64,000 bases of DNA, taken from positions 40,577-104,576 of the forward strand of contig CAZLNR010000001.1 in assembly GCA_964561035.1 (NCBI GenBank), in the 5' to 3' direction. Numbering within the stretch: position 1 is the first letter of the stretch; the number at the start of each line of letters is the position of its first letter. Below the pieces are notes generated by a model, which saw nothing but the letters and a program-made list of their open reading frames with translations, ran no database searches and was not told where the DNA came from. Shown one piece after another: positions 7,958 through 18,531 of this stretch. Made by a program: the position numbers and the translations under genes. Source of the DNA: an uncultured Gammaproteobacteria bacterium (GTDB lineage Bacteria; Patescibacteriota; Patescibacteriia; Magasanikbacterales; GWA2-37-8).

Positions 7958-10900
7958 ATGACCGATGTATTAAAATCCGTAAAAAAAATCTTTACGGTTT
8001 CCGTTGTCGGCGCCACCATGTTGTGGTCCGTCGGCGTATCGGCTTTGTTGCCATCTGCTGCTAACGCTGCAGTTTGCCCAACACTTGCCGCTGGTGACAT
8101 GATCAAGGTATCTGGTAAAGCAGCTATCTATTCTGTTAACAAAGACTTAAAAGTTCTCTATTTCCCTTCAGGAGATGAGTTCAAGAGTTGGAATGAAAAC
8201 AATTCCTACGGTGGTTACGTAACAGTAACTCAGGAATGTTTTGATTCCTTACCTGTTCCTAGTGCATACCCAGGCGCTGTTAACTACCGCCCAGGTTCAT
8301 ACGTTGTGAAGAGACCTTCTTCAGATCAATTGTATGTTGTTTTGCCAGGAAATTCCTTAGCAAAAATTAGTACTACCGATGCTGCCGCTTTATATGGCGC
8401 TAGCTACAAAGTAATGACTGTTGCCGATGCATTCTGGCCTCACTATGTAAATAGAGGAGCCGATGTTGCTGGTACCGTTCATGAAGGTATGCTCGTCAGC
8501 AAAGATGGTAAGACTTGGTATGTAGCCGCTGGTAAAGTATTAAGAGAAGTAACATCAACCGGCATGACCGCTAACAGATTTAAATCTGCTTTCGTTCACG
8601 CTGTTCCTGCTGCTTACTTAACTGGTACTACAGTTGGTTCTCCACTTGCTGCCTTGGAGTCTGCTTTAACTAACAGAACTCAAGATGGAGCTATCGCTTC
8701 AACTCCTGTAACTGGAGGCAATCTCAGTGTTACTTTAGCTGCTGATAATCCAGCCGCTGGAAACATTGCAGACGGTTCCGCTTACAACAAAGTTTTGAAG
8801 CTTAACTTAAGCGCTTCTGCCGCTACTCAAGTTACTGGTATTACTCTTACTAAAACTGGTCTGATTGCTAACAGCAATGTTACCGGTGTTAGTGTTTGGG
8901 ATGCTGCTGGTAACCGTCACGGTGATGTGATGACTTCCTTGACTTCAGACAACAAAATTACTGTAAGTTTTGGATCTTACCCAATCCTCGTAGGCGCTGG
9001 CGCTTCTGAATCTTTAACCGTAGCCGTAAACATTGCACCTGCTGCAAATTCCGGCTTGGTAGGCTTTAGTGTTGCTGCTGCAACTGATGTTGCAAGCAAT
9101 GGTACAGTAGGTGGTTCATTCCCAATCGTTGGTAACCAAATGGCTATCATTGATGGTAATGCTTCTCTTGCTTCTACCACAATTTCCGGTCTTTCAGTTG
9201 GTGGTTCTTCCTCTCAACCTGCAAGTACCGCATCTGGTAACTTACAAATCGGCGATGTTCAAAAAGAAGTTGCTAAATTCAGATTTACCGAACAAAGCGG
9301 TAATGAAGATGTTGCAGTTTCAAAATTGACTTTCTATGTAGCTGGTACTATTCAAGATGCTGATCTCGCTAACTGGAGTGTTTACGCTCCAAGTGGAGAC
9401 AAGCTTGGTATGACTGCTGCAATGAGTAACCGTTATGTAACTGTTAACTTCACATCTCCTTACGTTGTACCTAAGAGTACAAGTCGTGATTTCACTGTTA
9501 AGGTTGACGTAGTTAACGGATCAACCCGTAACTTCCAAGTTCAATTACAGAGTGATTACGATGTAATGATGAGAGGTGTTACAACCGGATTCTATGTATT
9601 ACCAGCTAACTTCACCACAGCTGTGGCAAGTACAAATGGTTGGTTCAATATGGGTTCTGGTACATTGACCGTTAATAAAGCTCCTACTTCTCCATCTGGC
9701 AACGTTTCTGCTGGCGCACAAAATATTGTGTTAGCTAAATTTGACGTAAAAGCTGCTGGCGAAGGCATGGAATTACGTAAAATGGGCTTGGGAGTTGACC
9801 GCTCTGGATCAACTGGTGCAAGCAAGACTTTAACTGGTAACGTTGTTGTTCGTGATGCTACCGACGGTACTGTCTACTTAACTGTAGCCGGCACTGCTTC
9901 TGCATTGTATGCAGGTGGCGCTCAATACACATTGTCCAGTTACTTAAACTTGACTGCTGGTCAAACCAAGAGCTTAGAAGTTGTTGGTAGTATTGATGCT
10001 ACTGCTACTTCCGGACACAAATATCAAGTTCAAATCGGTAACTTCTATGGCAAGAGACTTTCTACCTTAGATTTTGCTGACAACTTACCAACTTCTGGCA
10101 ACACCAGTACTGCTGCTAACCAATTGACAGTTAACGCTACTTCATTGTCTTGCTATAAAGACACTTCAATGGGTAACGAAACTCGCGCAACTGGTTCAAC
10201 AGCTGTAATTGGTAAATATATTTGTACAGCTGGCACATCTGAAGATGTACGTTTGAGCGGACTTACCTTCGCTTTCAACGGAACTTCCGGTCAAGCTGCA
10301 AATAGCTTCCAGAATATGGCTTTGTGGGATGCAACTTCCGCTACTGAAGTACAGTTGGGAACAACCGTATCTACAGTTGCAAGTTCATCAAACAGCTACA
10401 CCTTTGATTTGACCGTTCCTAAGAGTCAAACTAAAGTATTGAAATTGAAAGCTTATGTTGTTCCTGGTTATACTGGAACAATGTCTTCCTCAATCTCAAG
10501 CGGTAGTTACGTAGGTAAAGACAGTAACAACACCGGTAGTATCTCTACCGCTGTTACCGGTCAAACCATTACTATCGGCTCCGGCACCTTAAACATCACA
10601 AGTGTTACAGATGCAACAACCATTTCTAAAGTATACGGACCTGAACAAACAGGCGTACAACTTGGTAAATGGAAATTCGCTGCTAATAATGATGATGTTG
10701 CTTTGAGCAAATTGACATTGCAAGCTGTGTACGCAAACGGAAGTGGCGCTGCTACAACCTTGGGTACATTTGGTTCATTGGCATTGTACGAAGATGGTGG
10801 AAGTACAGCTTTGGCTACTGCCAGCTTTGTAAACGGTGATGTTGTATTCAATAATTTCTCCTCAAACATTGCTATCAACAGCTATAAAGTATACGTATTG

Positions 10901-11677
10901 AAAGGTGATACCAACGCTTCCGGCGTTATTACTAATAACACAACTACACAATTTGTAGTAAAGAGTGATAGTAATACCGACATGGAAGCAAGAGCTGCTT
11001 CAGGCTCATTGCTTGGTACCGCTGAAATCAATTACAATCAATCAATTACAAGTGGTGTTGCAGAAAGCAATTTTGCTACTTCAACTGCCTACTTGTTCCA
11101 CGATGCTTACCCAACAGTAGCTAGTGAATCTTTGGGAACTGCCTTGTTTGTACCAGGAGCACAGACCCAAATTTTCAAATTCTCTGTTACCAACTCTGGT
11201 AAGACAGATTTAAGACTTGCGTCTACAACTGTAAGTGTAACTGTTACTGGTTTGGTAAGTAACGATTCAGTAAGCGACTTTAGATTGTATAGTGATAATG
11301 GTGGTAGTTTGGGCGATTTGCTTGCTCAAAACTCCGGATTTGTTACTTCTACTACTTCTACCTCAAACCCATTATCAGTAAACTTCAACACTGGCAATGA
11401 CCAGAATAGTTTGCTTGATAATTTGGTAGTTGCTCCAGGAACAAAGAGAACATTTATCGTAACCGCTAATACCTTGTCTGCAACTGTAAACAAGACCAGC
11501 GGTAAGATTTATATCTCTTCTAAGATTACTGGTTCAACTGGTTGGAGTGGAACAACCTGGAATACAGGTAATTTGTTCTACTTCTACACCCCAACTAACG
11601 GTAGTGAACAGGGTGCTTACTCTGCTTCAAACTCTTACGAAGTGCTCGGTCCTTCATTGGAATATAGCGCATCTTAA
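7958..11677 (+). CDS. Large secreted cell-surface protein (S-layer/major envelope protein candidate), 1239 aa
   Basis: Signal peptide MTDVLKSVKKIFTVSVVGATMLWSVGVSALLPSAANA-AV. Composition is dominated by T/S/A/G/V/N with very few charged residues. Codon usage differs from neighbours (aac, tac, ttc, ggt, gct, gtt, act preferred) as in highly expressed genes. A strong terminator follows. Confidence 0.7.
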   Translation: MTDVLKSVKKIFTVSVVGATMLWSVGVSALLPSAANAAVCPTLAAGDMIKVSGKAAIYSVNKDLKVLYFPSGDEFKSWNENNSYGGYVTVTQECFDSLPVPSAYPGAVNYRPGSYVVKRPSSDQLYVVLPGNSLAKISTTDAAALYGASYKVMTVADAFWPHYVNRGADVAGTVHEGMLVSKDGKTWYVAAGKVLREVTSTGMTANRFKSAFVHAVPAAYLTGTTVGSPLAALESALTNRTQDGAIASTPVTGGNLSVTLAADNPAAGNIADGSAYNKVLKLNLSASAATQVTGITLTKTGLIANSNVTGVSVWDAAGNRHGDVMTSLTSDNKITVSFGSYPILVGAGASESLTVAVNIAPAANSGLVGFSVAAATDVASNGTVGGSFPIVGNQMAIIDGNASLASTTISGLSVGGSSSQPASTASGNLQIGDVQKEVAKFRFTEQSGNEDVAVSKLTFYVAGTIQDADLANWSVYAPSGDKLGMTAAMSNRYVTVNFTSPYVVPKSTSRDFTVKVDVVNGSTRNFQVQLQSDYDVMMRGVTTGFYVLPANFTTAVASTNGWFNMGSGTLTVNKAPTSPSGNVSAGAQNIVLAKFDVKAAGEGMELRKMGLGVDRSGSTGASKTLTGNVVVRDATDGTVYLTVAGTASALYAGGAQYTLSSYLNLTAGQTKSLEVVGSIDATATSGHKYQVQIGNFYGKRLSTLDFADNLPTSGNTSTAANQLTVNATSLSCYKDTSMGNETRATGSTAVIGKYICTAGTSEDVRLSGLTFAFNGTSGQAANSFQNMALWDATSATEVQLGTTVSTVASSSNSYTFDLTVPKSQTKVLKLKAYVVPGYTGTMSSSISSGSYVGKDSNNTGSISTAVTGQTITIGSGTLNITSVTDATTISKVYGPEQTGVQLGKWKFAANNDDVALSKLTLQAVYANGSGAATTLGTFGSLALYEDGGSTALATASFVNGDVVFNNFSSNIAINSYKVYVLKGDTNASGVITNNTTTQFVVKSDSNTDMEARAASGSLLGTAEINYNQSITSGVAESNFATSTAYLFHDAYPTVASESLGTALFVPGAQTQIFKFSVTNSGKTDLRLASTTVSVTVTGLVSNDSVSDFRLYSDNGGSLGDLLAQNSGFVTSTTSTSNPLSVNFNTGNDQNSLLDNLVVAPGTKRTFIVTANTLSATVNKTSGKIYISSKITGSTGWSGTTWNTGNLFYFYTPTNGSEQGAYSASNSYEVLGPSLEYSAS

Positions 11678-11730
11678 TGAGTTAAAGCATTCCTAGTAAA
11701 TAAAGACCTGTCTTTATCGAACAGAAACGC

Positions 11731-11765
11731 AAAACCCGCCCGCAAGGGCGGGTTTTGTTGTTTTG
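11731..11765 (+). terminator. Rho-independent terminator
   Basis: aaaacccgccc-gcaa-gggcgggtttt followed by a T-run. Confidence 0.85.
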
Positions 11766-11825
11766 GAGATTGACAGATAGGGAATTTTTAGGTATGATTG
11801 GTATCTATTAGAAATTATTTTATTT

Positions 11826-13634
11826 ATGTCTCATATCCGAAATATTGCTATTATTGCTCACGTTGACCATGGTAAAACCACGCTGGTTGATGCTTTGCTG
11901 CGCCAGTCTCAAACAAAACTATCTAAAGAAATGGTCAATCAAGAAGCGATCATGGATAGTAACGATTTAGAGCGAGAGCGCGGTATTACTATTTTTTCAA
12001 AAAATGCTTCTGTGCAGTGGGGAGATACCAAAATAAACATTATTGACACTCCAGGCCATGCGGATTTTGGTGGTGAAGTTGAACGCGTGTTAAAGCTTGC
12101 TGATGGCTGTTTATTGTTGGTTGATGCCAAAGAAGGTCCGATGCCACAAACCCGATTTGTGCTTAAAAAAGCTTTGCAGATGGGGCATAAGGTAATTGTG
12201 GTTATAAACAAGATTGACAAACCAGGCGCCAGACCAGCTTGGGTGTTAGACAAAACCTTTGATTTGTTTGTAGAGTTGGGTGCCAGCGATGAGGCGGCAG
12301 ATTTTCCAGTTATTTATGCCTCGGCAAAACAAGGTAAGGCTGGTTTAGAACCAGATTTGGAAAAAATGACTGACATTAATCCGATTTTTGAAACTGTTTT
12401 AAAATTTATTCCTGAGCCAAAAGCCGATGTAAACGCGCCGCTTCAGATTTTGGTTACCACCATTGGCGGTGATAACTTCAAAGGCAGAATTGCAACTGGT
12501 AGAATTTATAACGGTATTGTTAAATCTGGCCAAGATATAATGCATATAAATAGAGACGGACAAATGAAAAAATGCCGGGTGATGGCACTAATGACATTTG
12601 CCGGTTTAGAGAGAATAGAAGTAAAAGAAGCTGGCGCTGGAGATATAGTGGCAATAGCCGGTATTACTGATATCAATATTGGTGAAACTATTGCAGATGT
12701 AAATAATCCAATTGCCTTGCCGCTTTTAACAATTGAAGAACCTACGGTAAAAATGACATTTAGTGTCAACAATTCTCCGTTTGCTGGCAAAGAAGGCGAG
12801 TTTACCACCTCTAGACAAATTCGCGAGCGTTTATATAAAGAACTAGAAACAGATATGGCGCTTAAGGTTGCAGATACGCAAGATGGTAACTGGGTTGTGT
12901 CTGGGCGCGGTGAATTGCATTTAGCAATCTTAATTGAGCGTTTGCGCCGAGAAGGTTATGAGTTCCAGGTGTCTCGTCCGCAGGTAATTATTAAAGAAGT
13001 TGATGGCCAGAAGATGACTCCGTACGAACAGGTCTTTATTGAGTCTCCAGAAGCGTATTCGGGAGCAATTATCCAGAAATTAGGTAGTCGTCATGGCGAA
13101 CTTCGTGAGATGCGCACTGAAAATGGCATTGTATTTTTAGAGTTTATTATTCCAACCCGCGGTCTGTTTGGGTACCGTACAGAATTTTTAACAGACACAA
13201 AAGGTTTGGGTATTATCAATACAATTTTCTATCAGTATTTGCCAGATCCTGCCAACTGGCGCGAGCGTGATCAAGGCTCTTTGGTTGCGCATGAAACCGG
13301 AGCCAGTAATTTATACGGCTTGCTCAATGTGCAAGATAGAGGTGTTCTGTTTATCGGTCCTGGTGTAGAGGTTTATAAGGGTCAGGTTGTTGGCCAGAAT
13401 TCTCGCAGTGAAGATATACGAGTTAATGTTTGCAAAGAAAAACAATTATCCAATATGCGCTCCAAAGGCGATGGTGTGAGCGAACACTTTAATGCGCCAA
13501 AAGTTATGGATTTGGAAGATGCTTTGGAATATATCGGAGATGATGAGCTGGTGGAAATTACTCCAAAAAATATTCGTATCAGAAAAGTAATTTTGGATGA
13601 AGCGGAAGCAAGAAAGAAAGCGCGCGGCATGTAA
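11826..13634 (+). CDS. typA: Translational GTPase TypA/BipA
   Basis: N-terminal IRNIAIIAHVDHGKTTLVDALL, DTPGHADFGGEVER, NKIDKPGAR; 602 aa; EF-G-like domain order. Confidence 0.9.
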   Translation: MSHIRNIAIIAHVDHGKTTLVDALLRQSQTKLSKEMVNQEAIMDSNDLERERGITIFSKNASVQWGDTKINIIDTPGHADFGGEVERVLKLADGCLLLVDAKEGPMPQTRFVLKKALQMGHKVIVVINKIDKPGARPAWVLDKTFDLFVELGASDEAADFPVIYASAKQGKAGLEPDLEKMTDINPIFETVLKFIPEPKADVNAPLQILVTTIGGDNFKGRIATGRIYNGIVKSGQDIMHINRDGQMKKCRVMALMTFAGLERIEVKEAGAGDIVAIAGITDINIGETIADVNNPIALPLLTIEEPTVKMTFSVNNSPFAGKEGEFTTSRQIRERLYKELETDMALKVADTQDGNWVVSGRGELHLAILIERLRREGYEFQVSRPQVIIKEVDGQKMTPYEQVFIESPEAYSGAIIQKLGSRHGELREMRTENGIVFLEFIIPTRGLFGYRTEFLTDTKGLGIINTIFYQYLPDPANWRERDQGSLVAHETGASNLYGLLNVQDRGVLFIGPGVEVYKGQVVGQNSRSEDIRVNVCKEKQLSNMRSKGDGVSEHFNAPKVMDLEDALEYIGDDELVEITPKNIRIRKVILDEAEARKKARGM

Positions 13635-13699
13635 CTAACTGCACGTAAAAAATATTGCCTGTACGGTTTGTTTTTGGTATTATTGTCGTGGCAGGTAAC

Positions 13700-13771
13700 G
13701 GCCTCATCGTCTAGTGGCTAGGACACATGATTCTCAATCATGTAACACGGGTTCGATCCCCGTTGGGGCTA
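13700..13771 (+). tRNA. tRNA-Glu (anticodon CUC as read; UUC not excluded)
   Basis: 72-nt cloverleaf: acceptor GGCCTCA/TGGGGCT with two G-U pairs, anticodon stem ACATGA/TCATGT, loop TTCTCAA, T-arm ACGGG-TTCGATC-CCCGT. Confidence 0.7.
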
Positions 13772-13802
13772 CAAAATCCGCGATTAGCGGATTTTATCAT
13801 AT

Positions 13803-14777
13803 ATGCAAACCGGTTTTTGGAAACAACTTAAAAAACCCATTTTTGTTCTGGCGCCCATGGCCAATGTTACGGATGCGGCTTTTCGGCGTATTATTGCCAA
13901 ATACGGCAAGCCTGATGTGACTTGGACTGAGTTTGTTTCATGCGACGGTTTAATGTCTCCAGGGCGGGAAAAATTACTTATAGATTTTAAATACAGCGAA
14001 TCAGAACGTCCAATTGTGGCTCAAATTTTTGGTTCCAAACCAGAGAATTTTTATAAAACCGCGCAGTTGGTGCAAGAGCTTGGTTTTGATGGAATTGATA
14101 TAAATATGGGATGCCCGGATAAAAATGTAGAAAAGCAAGGTGCCGGCGCATGTCTGATTAAAAATCCGCTATTAGCACAAGAGATTATTAAAGAAACTAA
14201 GCGTGGTGCTGGTGCGTTGCCGGTATCCGTTAAAACACGTATTGGGTATAACAAAAATACATTATCGGAGTGGTTGCCATATTTACTTGAAACAGAGCCG
14301 GCGGCTATTACTATTCATGCTCGCACGCGAAAAGAGATGTCGCTCGTGCCGGCGCATTGGGAAGTGTTGGCAGATGCCGTAGCTATTCGAGATAAACATG
14401 ACAGTTCAGAAAATAAAACATTAATTTTAGGAAATGGCGATGTAAAAAGTTTGGCCGAAGCGCATGAGCGCGTGCGGCAGACGGGCGCGGATGGTGCGAT
14501 GATCGGACGGGGGATTTTTGGCAATCCTTGGCTATTTAATAAAAGTATTGACCAATCCGAGGTGCCGCTTGAAGAAAGATTGCGGGTTATGATTGAGCAC
14601 ACCTATCTATTTGAGCAGCTGCTCGGTGCAGATAAAAATTTTGACATCATGAAAAAACATTACAAAGCCTATGTTAACGGTTTTGATGGCGCTAAAGAGT
14701 TGAGAATAAAGCTTATGGAAGGTGCCAAGACCGCTGCGGATGTAGAGCGGATTGTTATGGATCATCTTGGAAAATAG
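13803..14777 (+). CDS. dus: tRNA-dihydrouridine synthase
   Basis: LAPMANVTDAAFR, IDINMGCP, IGYNK, IHARTR motifs of the Dus TIM-barrel family. Confidence 0.85.
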   Translation: MQTGFWKQLKKPIFVLAPMANVTDAAFRRIIAKYGKPDVTWTEFVSCDGLMSPGREKLLIDFKYSESERPIVAQIFGSKPENFYKTAQLVQELGFDGIDINMGCPDKNVEKQGAGACLIKNPLLAQEIIKETKRGAGALPVSVKTRIGYNKNTLSEWLPYLLETEPAAITIHARTRKEMSLVPAHWEVLADAVAIRDKHDSSENKTLILGNGDVKSLAEAHERVRQTGADGAMIGRGIFGNPWLFNKSIDQSEVPLEERLRVMIEHTYLFEQLLGADKNFDIMKKHYKAYVNGFDGAKELRIKLMEGAKTAADVERIVMDHLGK

Positions 14778-14843
14778 TTGATTTTTTTCTTTGGTACGCC
14801 TACTATAGAAGTAGGTAAATTTTTATTTACCACATTACTGTAT

Positions 14844-15947
14844 ATGGAGTTTAGTTATAAGTTTTACACCACTACTTCTTCGGCATGGGAAGGCATGAAA
14901 GAGGCGATCGTTTCCGCTCAGAAATCAATTTACTGGGAAATCTTTACGTTTGTTGACGATCTTGCAGGGCAGCCTTTTGTGGATTTGCTCTGCGCGAAAG
15001 CGCAGGCGGGTTTGGATGTAAAAATAATCGCGGATGCTTTTGGCAGTTTTGCGCTTTCTAAAGAATCAATTTTCCGACTTAAAGCTTCGGGTGTTACTTT
15101 TTTACTGTTCAATAATTTTGCACCGGAATTTTCAATACGGCATTGGATGCGCCGAATTTGGCATCGCACCCATCGAAAAGTTTTGATTGTAGACAGAGAA
15201 ATTGTATTTATTGGCGGAGTTAACGTCGCGCAGTTTTCAGCGTCGTGGCATGATTTGCATGTCCGCATTACCGGTAGAATAGTTCTGCCCATTTTAGCGG
15301 GGTTTGCTCGTGTATATATACGTGCCGGCGGAGCAAAAAAGGATGTTGGCGACATGTTGCGCCCGCAGGTATTGCCGCCGCTTCATTTGGTGCGGGAAAA
15401 AATACAATTCATTCTTCATTCGCCAATTCAGTATACGCTTAAGTCTCCATTTAAGACGTTTTATAAACAAGCCTTAAACAACGCCAAAGAAAAATTTAAT
15501 TTGCTGACACCCTATTATGTACCGGATAAGAATTTTCTACATTTAGTTGCCAAAGCAAAAAACAGGGGCGTGAATATTAATATTATTATGCCATGGCGGA
15601 CGGATGAAAAAATTATGCGATATTTTGCATCCATGTTTTATGGTATTTCGGCCAAAGCCGGCGCGGTTTTTTATTTTTTAAAAAAAATGAATCATGGCAA
15701 GGCTGTAAGCGTAGATAATACGCTAGGCATGATTGGTAGCGCCAATTTAACCCCGCGCAGTTTTTATATCAACCATGAGGCGGGAATTGTATTCTCTGAA
15801 GAGCAGATGGTGGACGATCTTAATGCTATTCTTGATGAATGGAAATCCGAAGCGGTGCCGTTATCTGAGCTTGGTTTATACAATAAAAAAAGCTGGTCAA
15901 AAAAGTTTAAAGATTGGTGGATGAACAAGTTTAAAGACTATGTCTAA
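14844..15947 (+). CDS. Phospholipase D family protein (cardiolipin synthase-like)
   Basis: Two HKD motifs: HRKVLIVD and HGKAVSVDNTLGMIGSANL. The ORF track begins at a TTG at 14778, but the ATG at 14844 (MEFSYK) is preferred. Confidence 0.75.
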   Translation: MEFSYKFYTTTSSAWEGMKEAIVSAQKSIYWEIFTFVDDLAGQPFVDLLCAKAQAGLDVKIIADAFGSFALSKESIFRLKASGVTFLLFNNFAPEFSIRHWMRRIWHRTHRKVLIVDREIVFIGGVNVAQFSASWHDLHVRITGRIVLPILAGFARVYIRAGGAKKDVGDMLRPQVLPPLHLVREKIQFILHSPIQYTLKSPFKTFYKQALNNAKEKFNLLTPYYVPDKNFLHLVAKAKNRGVNINIIMPWRTDEKIMRYFASMFYGISAKAGAVFYFLKKMNHGKAVSVDNTLGMIGSANLTPRSFYINHEAGIVFSEEQMVDDLNAILDEWKSEAVPLSELGLYNKKSWSKKFKDWWMNKFKDYV

Positions 15948-17184
15948 TCATGATACGGTTTTAAATATCCCTCTGGCAGAGCGAATGCGTCCGGTGCAGT
16001 TTGATGAATTTATTGGCCAAGTGGATATTGTGGGTCAGGGAAAATTATTGCGGCGGCTGATAGAAAATGATCAGTTATCCTCGGTAATTTTTTGGGGTCC
16101 TCCCGGAGTTGGCAAAACAACCTTGGCGCATATTATTGCCGCGCATACAAAATCGCGGTTTGTTACGCTATCTGCCGTATCAAGCGGCAAAGAAGCATTA
16201 GTTGCAATTATCAAAGAAGCAAAAAAAACTTTGGCTGAAAATAGCCAGAAAACAATTTTATTTATAGATGAAATTCATCGTTGGAATAAGGCTCAGCAAG
16301 ATGCTCTGCTTCCAGTAGTGGAAGCAGGAACTATTATTGTAATTGGAGCTACTACGGAAAATCCTTCTTTTGAAATTATCGGCGCGCTGTTATCTCGATC
16401 GCGAGTATTTATCTTAAAGCATCTGGACGACGCAGATGTTGTGTCAATTATCCAGCGCGCTTTGCGTGACACAAAAAAAGGGTTAGGAGATTTGCAAATT
16501 AAAATTGATAAAAAAACAATCGTATTGTTGGCGCAACTATCGGGCGGAGATGCGCGCGCTGCCCTTAATGGGTTGGATATGGCTGTGAAAGCTCAGATGC
16601 GGCAAGGCAAGGAAATAAAAATTACAGATGCCGATATTAAGGAAGCGCTGCAGCGTACGCATTTGGTATTTGATAAAAACGGTGAGGAATTTTACAATCT
16701 TATTTCCGCCCTGCATAAATCCATGCGCGGTTCAGATGCTAATGCGGCGTTATACTGGCTAGCTCGCATGCTTGAGGGTGGGGCAGATCCGTTGTATGTT
16801 GCTCGCCGAGTTGTGCGGTTTGCCAGCGAAGATATTGGTATGGCAAACAGTGAAGCGCTCATACAGGCTAATGCTGCTTTTGAAGCGTGTCACAGGTTAG
16901 GAATGCCCGAATGCAGCGTGCATTTGGCGCAAGCTGTGGTATATTGCGCTAAATCAACTAAATCAAATGTATTGTACCGCGCCTATGGTGAGGCAGCGCG
17001 CGACGCTCGAGAGACCTCGCATTTGGGTGTGCCGGTTCATTTGCGCAACGCGCCAACTAAATTTATGAAAGATATAGGTTATGGCAAAGATTATAAATAT
17101 TCACCGGATTTTGATTATAAAGAAGATCAAGAGTATTTGCCGCCAGAGCTGAAAGGCAAGAAATATTTGGCTAAAAATAGCTAA
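15940..17184 (+). CDS. rarA: Replication-associated recombination protein A (AAA+ ATPase RarA/MgsA)
   Basis: Walker A GPPGVGKTTLA, Walker B ILFIDEIHR, C-terminal MgsA helical domain. Overlaps the previous stop by 8 nt. Confidence 0.85.
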   Translation: MSNHDTVLNIPLAERMRPVQFDEFIGQVDIVGQGKLLRRLIENDQLSSVIFWGPPGVGKTTLAHIIAAHTKSRFVTLSAVSSGKEALVAIIKEAKKTLAENSQKTILFIDEIHRWNKAQQDALLPVVEAGTIIVIGATTENPSFEIIGALLSRSRVFILKHLDDADVVSIIQRALRDTKKGLGDLQIKIDKKTIVLLAQLSGGDARAALNGLDMAVKAQMRQGKEIKITDADIKEALQRTHLVFDKNGEEFYNLISALHKSMRGSDANAALYWLARMLEGGADPLYVARRVVRFASEDIGMANSEALIQANAAFEACHRLGMPECSVHLAQAVVYCAKSTKSNVLYRAYGEAARDARETSHLGVPVHLRNAPTKFMKDIGYGKDYKYSPDFDYKEDQEYLPPELKGKKYLAKNS

Positions 17185-17256
17185 AACACAAGGTGTTATA
17201 GACAGTGTTTAACGCCTTATGATAGCATACAATATCATTCATTCTTTTATTATTTT

Positions 17257-18492
17257 ATGTCTTTAAACGACCCGTTCCTCGGCGCTCTTAAACAGCTTGA
17301 AAAAGTGAAAACTCTGGTGAAGCTTGATGAAAACATTTACGCCCAGATGCAATCCCCGCAAAAGTTTTTGGAAATTTCCATTCCAGTAAAAATGGACAAT
17401 GGCAGTGTAAAAGTGTTTAAAGGATACAGATCTCAATATAGCAATGCTCGCGGTCCGTATAAAGGCGGTATTCGGTTTCATCCGCAAGTAAACGAAGCTG
17501 AGGTGAAAGCGCTTAGTATGTGGATGGCTCTTAAAACCGCGGTGGTCGGTATTCCCTTGGGAGGTGGCAAGGGCGGGGTAATTGTTAACCCAAAAGAATT
17601 GTCTGCCGGAGAATTAGAAAAATTATCTCGCGGATATATTAATGGTATATATAAGTTACTTGGCCCCGAAGTGGATGTGCCTGCGCCAGATGTGTATACG
17701 GATCCGCGCATTATGGGCTGGATGTTAGATGAATATGAAAAATTAGCTGGCCGTGGTGCGCCAGGAGTAATTACCGGTAAGCCGTTAAGCATTGGCGGTT
17801 CAGCGGCACGGAGCTACTCTACGGCTCAGGGCGGCTTTTATGTTTTGCAGAAAGCAATTGAAAAATTAAATATAAACAAACCGACTATCGCCATTGAAGG
17901 GTTTGGTAATGCCGGTGCTACGATGGCAAAAATATTATTTGACCATGGTTTTAAAGTTGTGGCGGCCAGCGATTCAAAGGGCGGTGTAGTAAATGATGCT
18001 GGTCTCGATATATCGGCACTGGCAACGCATAAAGAAAAAACAGGTTCGGTGGCTAGTTTTTCAGGAGGCAGCAATTTAACAGAAAGCATTATTTCGCATA
18101 GCGCGGATATTTTGGTGTTGGCAGCTTTAGAAAATAGCGTGACAGCTGAAAATGCTGGAAGTATAAAAGCAAAAGTAATTATTGAGCTGGCCAATGGCCC
18201 GGTAACTAAAGAAGCGACCGAAATATTAACCGACAAGAATGTTGTTATTGTGCCGGATATTTTAGCAAATGCTGGAGGCGTAGCAGTAAGCTATTTTGAA
18301 CAAGTGCAAAATGCATATAATTATTATTGGGAAGAAAAAGACGTGCTAGAAAAATTAGAAAAAATAATGAATGTTGCGTTTGAAGAAGTGTGGGCTCGCA
18401 AAGAAAATTATACAACAGATATGCGAACCGGTGCTTATATTTTGGCCGTAGAGCGCATTGCGCAGGCGATGAAAGATAGGGGATGGATGTAG
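17257..18492 (+). CDS. gdhA: Glutamate dehydrogenase (Glu/Leu/Phe/Val dehydrogenase family)
   Basis: GPYKGGIRFHP, GGGKGG, Rossmann GFGNAG motifs. Confidence 0.85.
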   Translation: MSLNDPFLGALKQLEKVKTLVKLDENIYAQMQSPQKFLEISIPVKMDNGSVKVFKGYRSQYSNARGPYKGGIRFHPQVNEAEVKALSMWMALKTAVVGIPLGGGKGGVIVNPKELSAGELEKLSRGYINGIYKLLGPEVDVPAPDVYTDPRIMGWMLDEYEKLAGRGAPGVITGKPLSIGGSAARSYSTAQGGFYVLQKAIEKLNINKPTIAIEGFGNAGATMAKILFDHGFKVVAASDSKGGVVNDAGLDISALATHKEKTGSVASFSGGSNLTESIISHSADILVLAALENSVTAENAGSIKAKVIIELANGPVTKEATEILTDKNVVIVPDILANAGGVAVSYFEQVQNAYNYYWEEKDVLEKLEKIMNVAFEEVWARKENYTTDMRTGAYILAVERIAQAMKDRGWM

Positions 18493-18531
18493 TTTGTTGT
18501 ATGTAAGAAGGCATGGTATAATAATAGCCGT

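Noticed and set aside
13714-13920. ORF 13714..13920(+) overlapping tRNA-Glu
   Set aside because: It starts inside the tRNA and overlaps the dus start out of frame.
14778-14843. TTG start at 14778 for the PLD gene; extended N-termini of rnhA (28342), era (33277), mraZ (52148), DUF192 (58096) and the HTH gene (5398)
   Set aside because: The extensions add non-conserved residues or overlap regulatory palindromes. Internal ATGs align with family N-termini, so shorter gene models were adopted.
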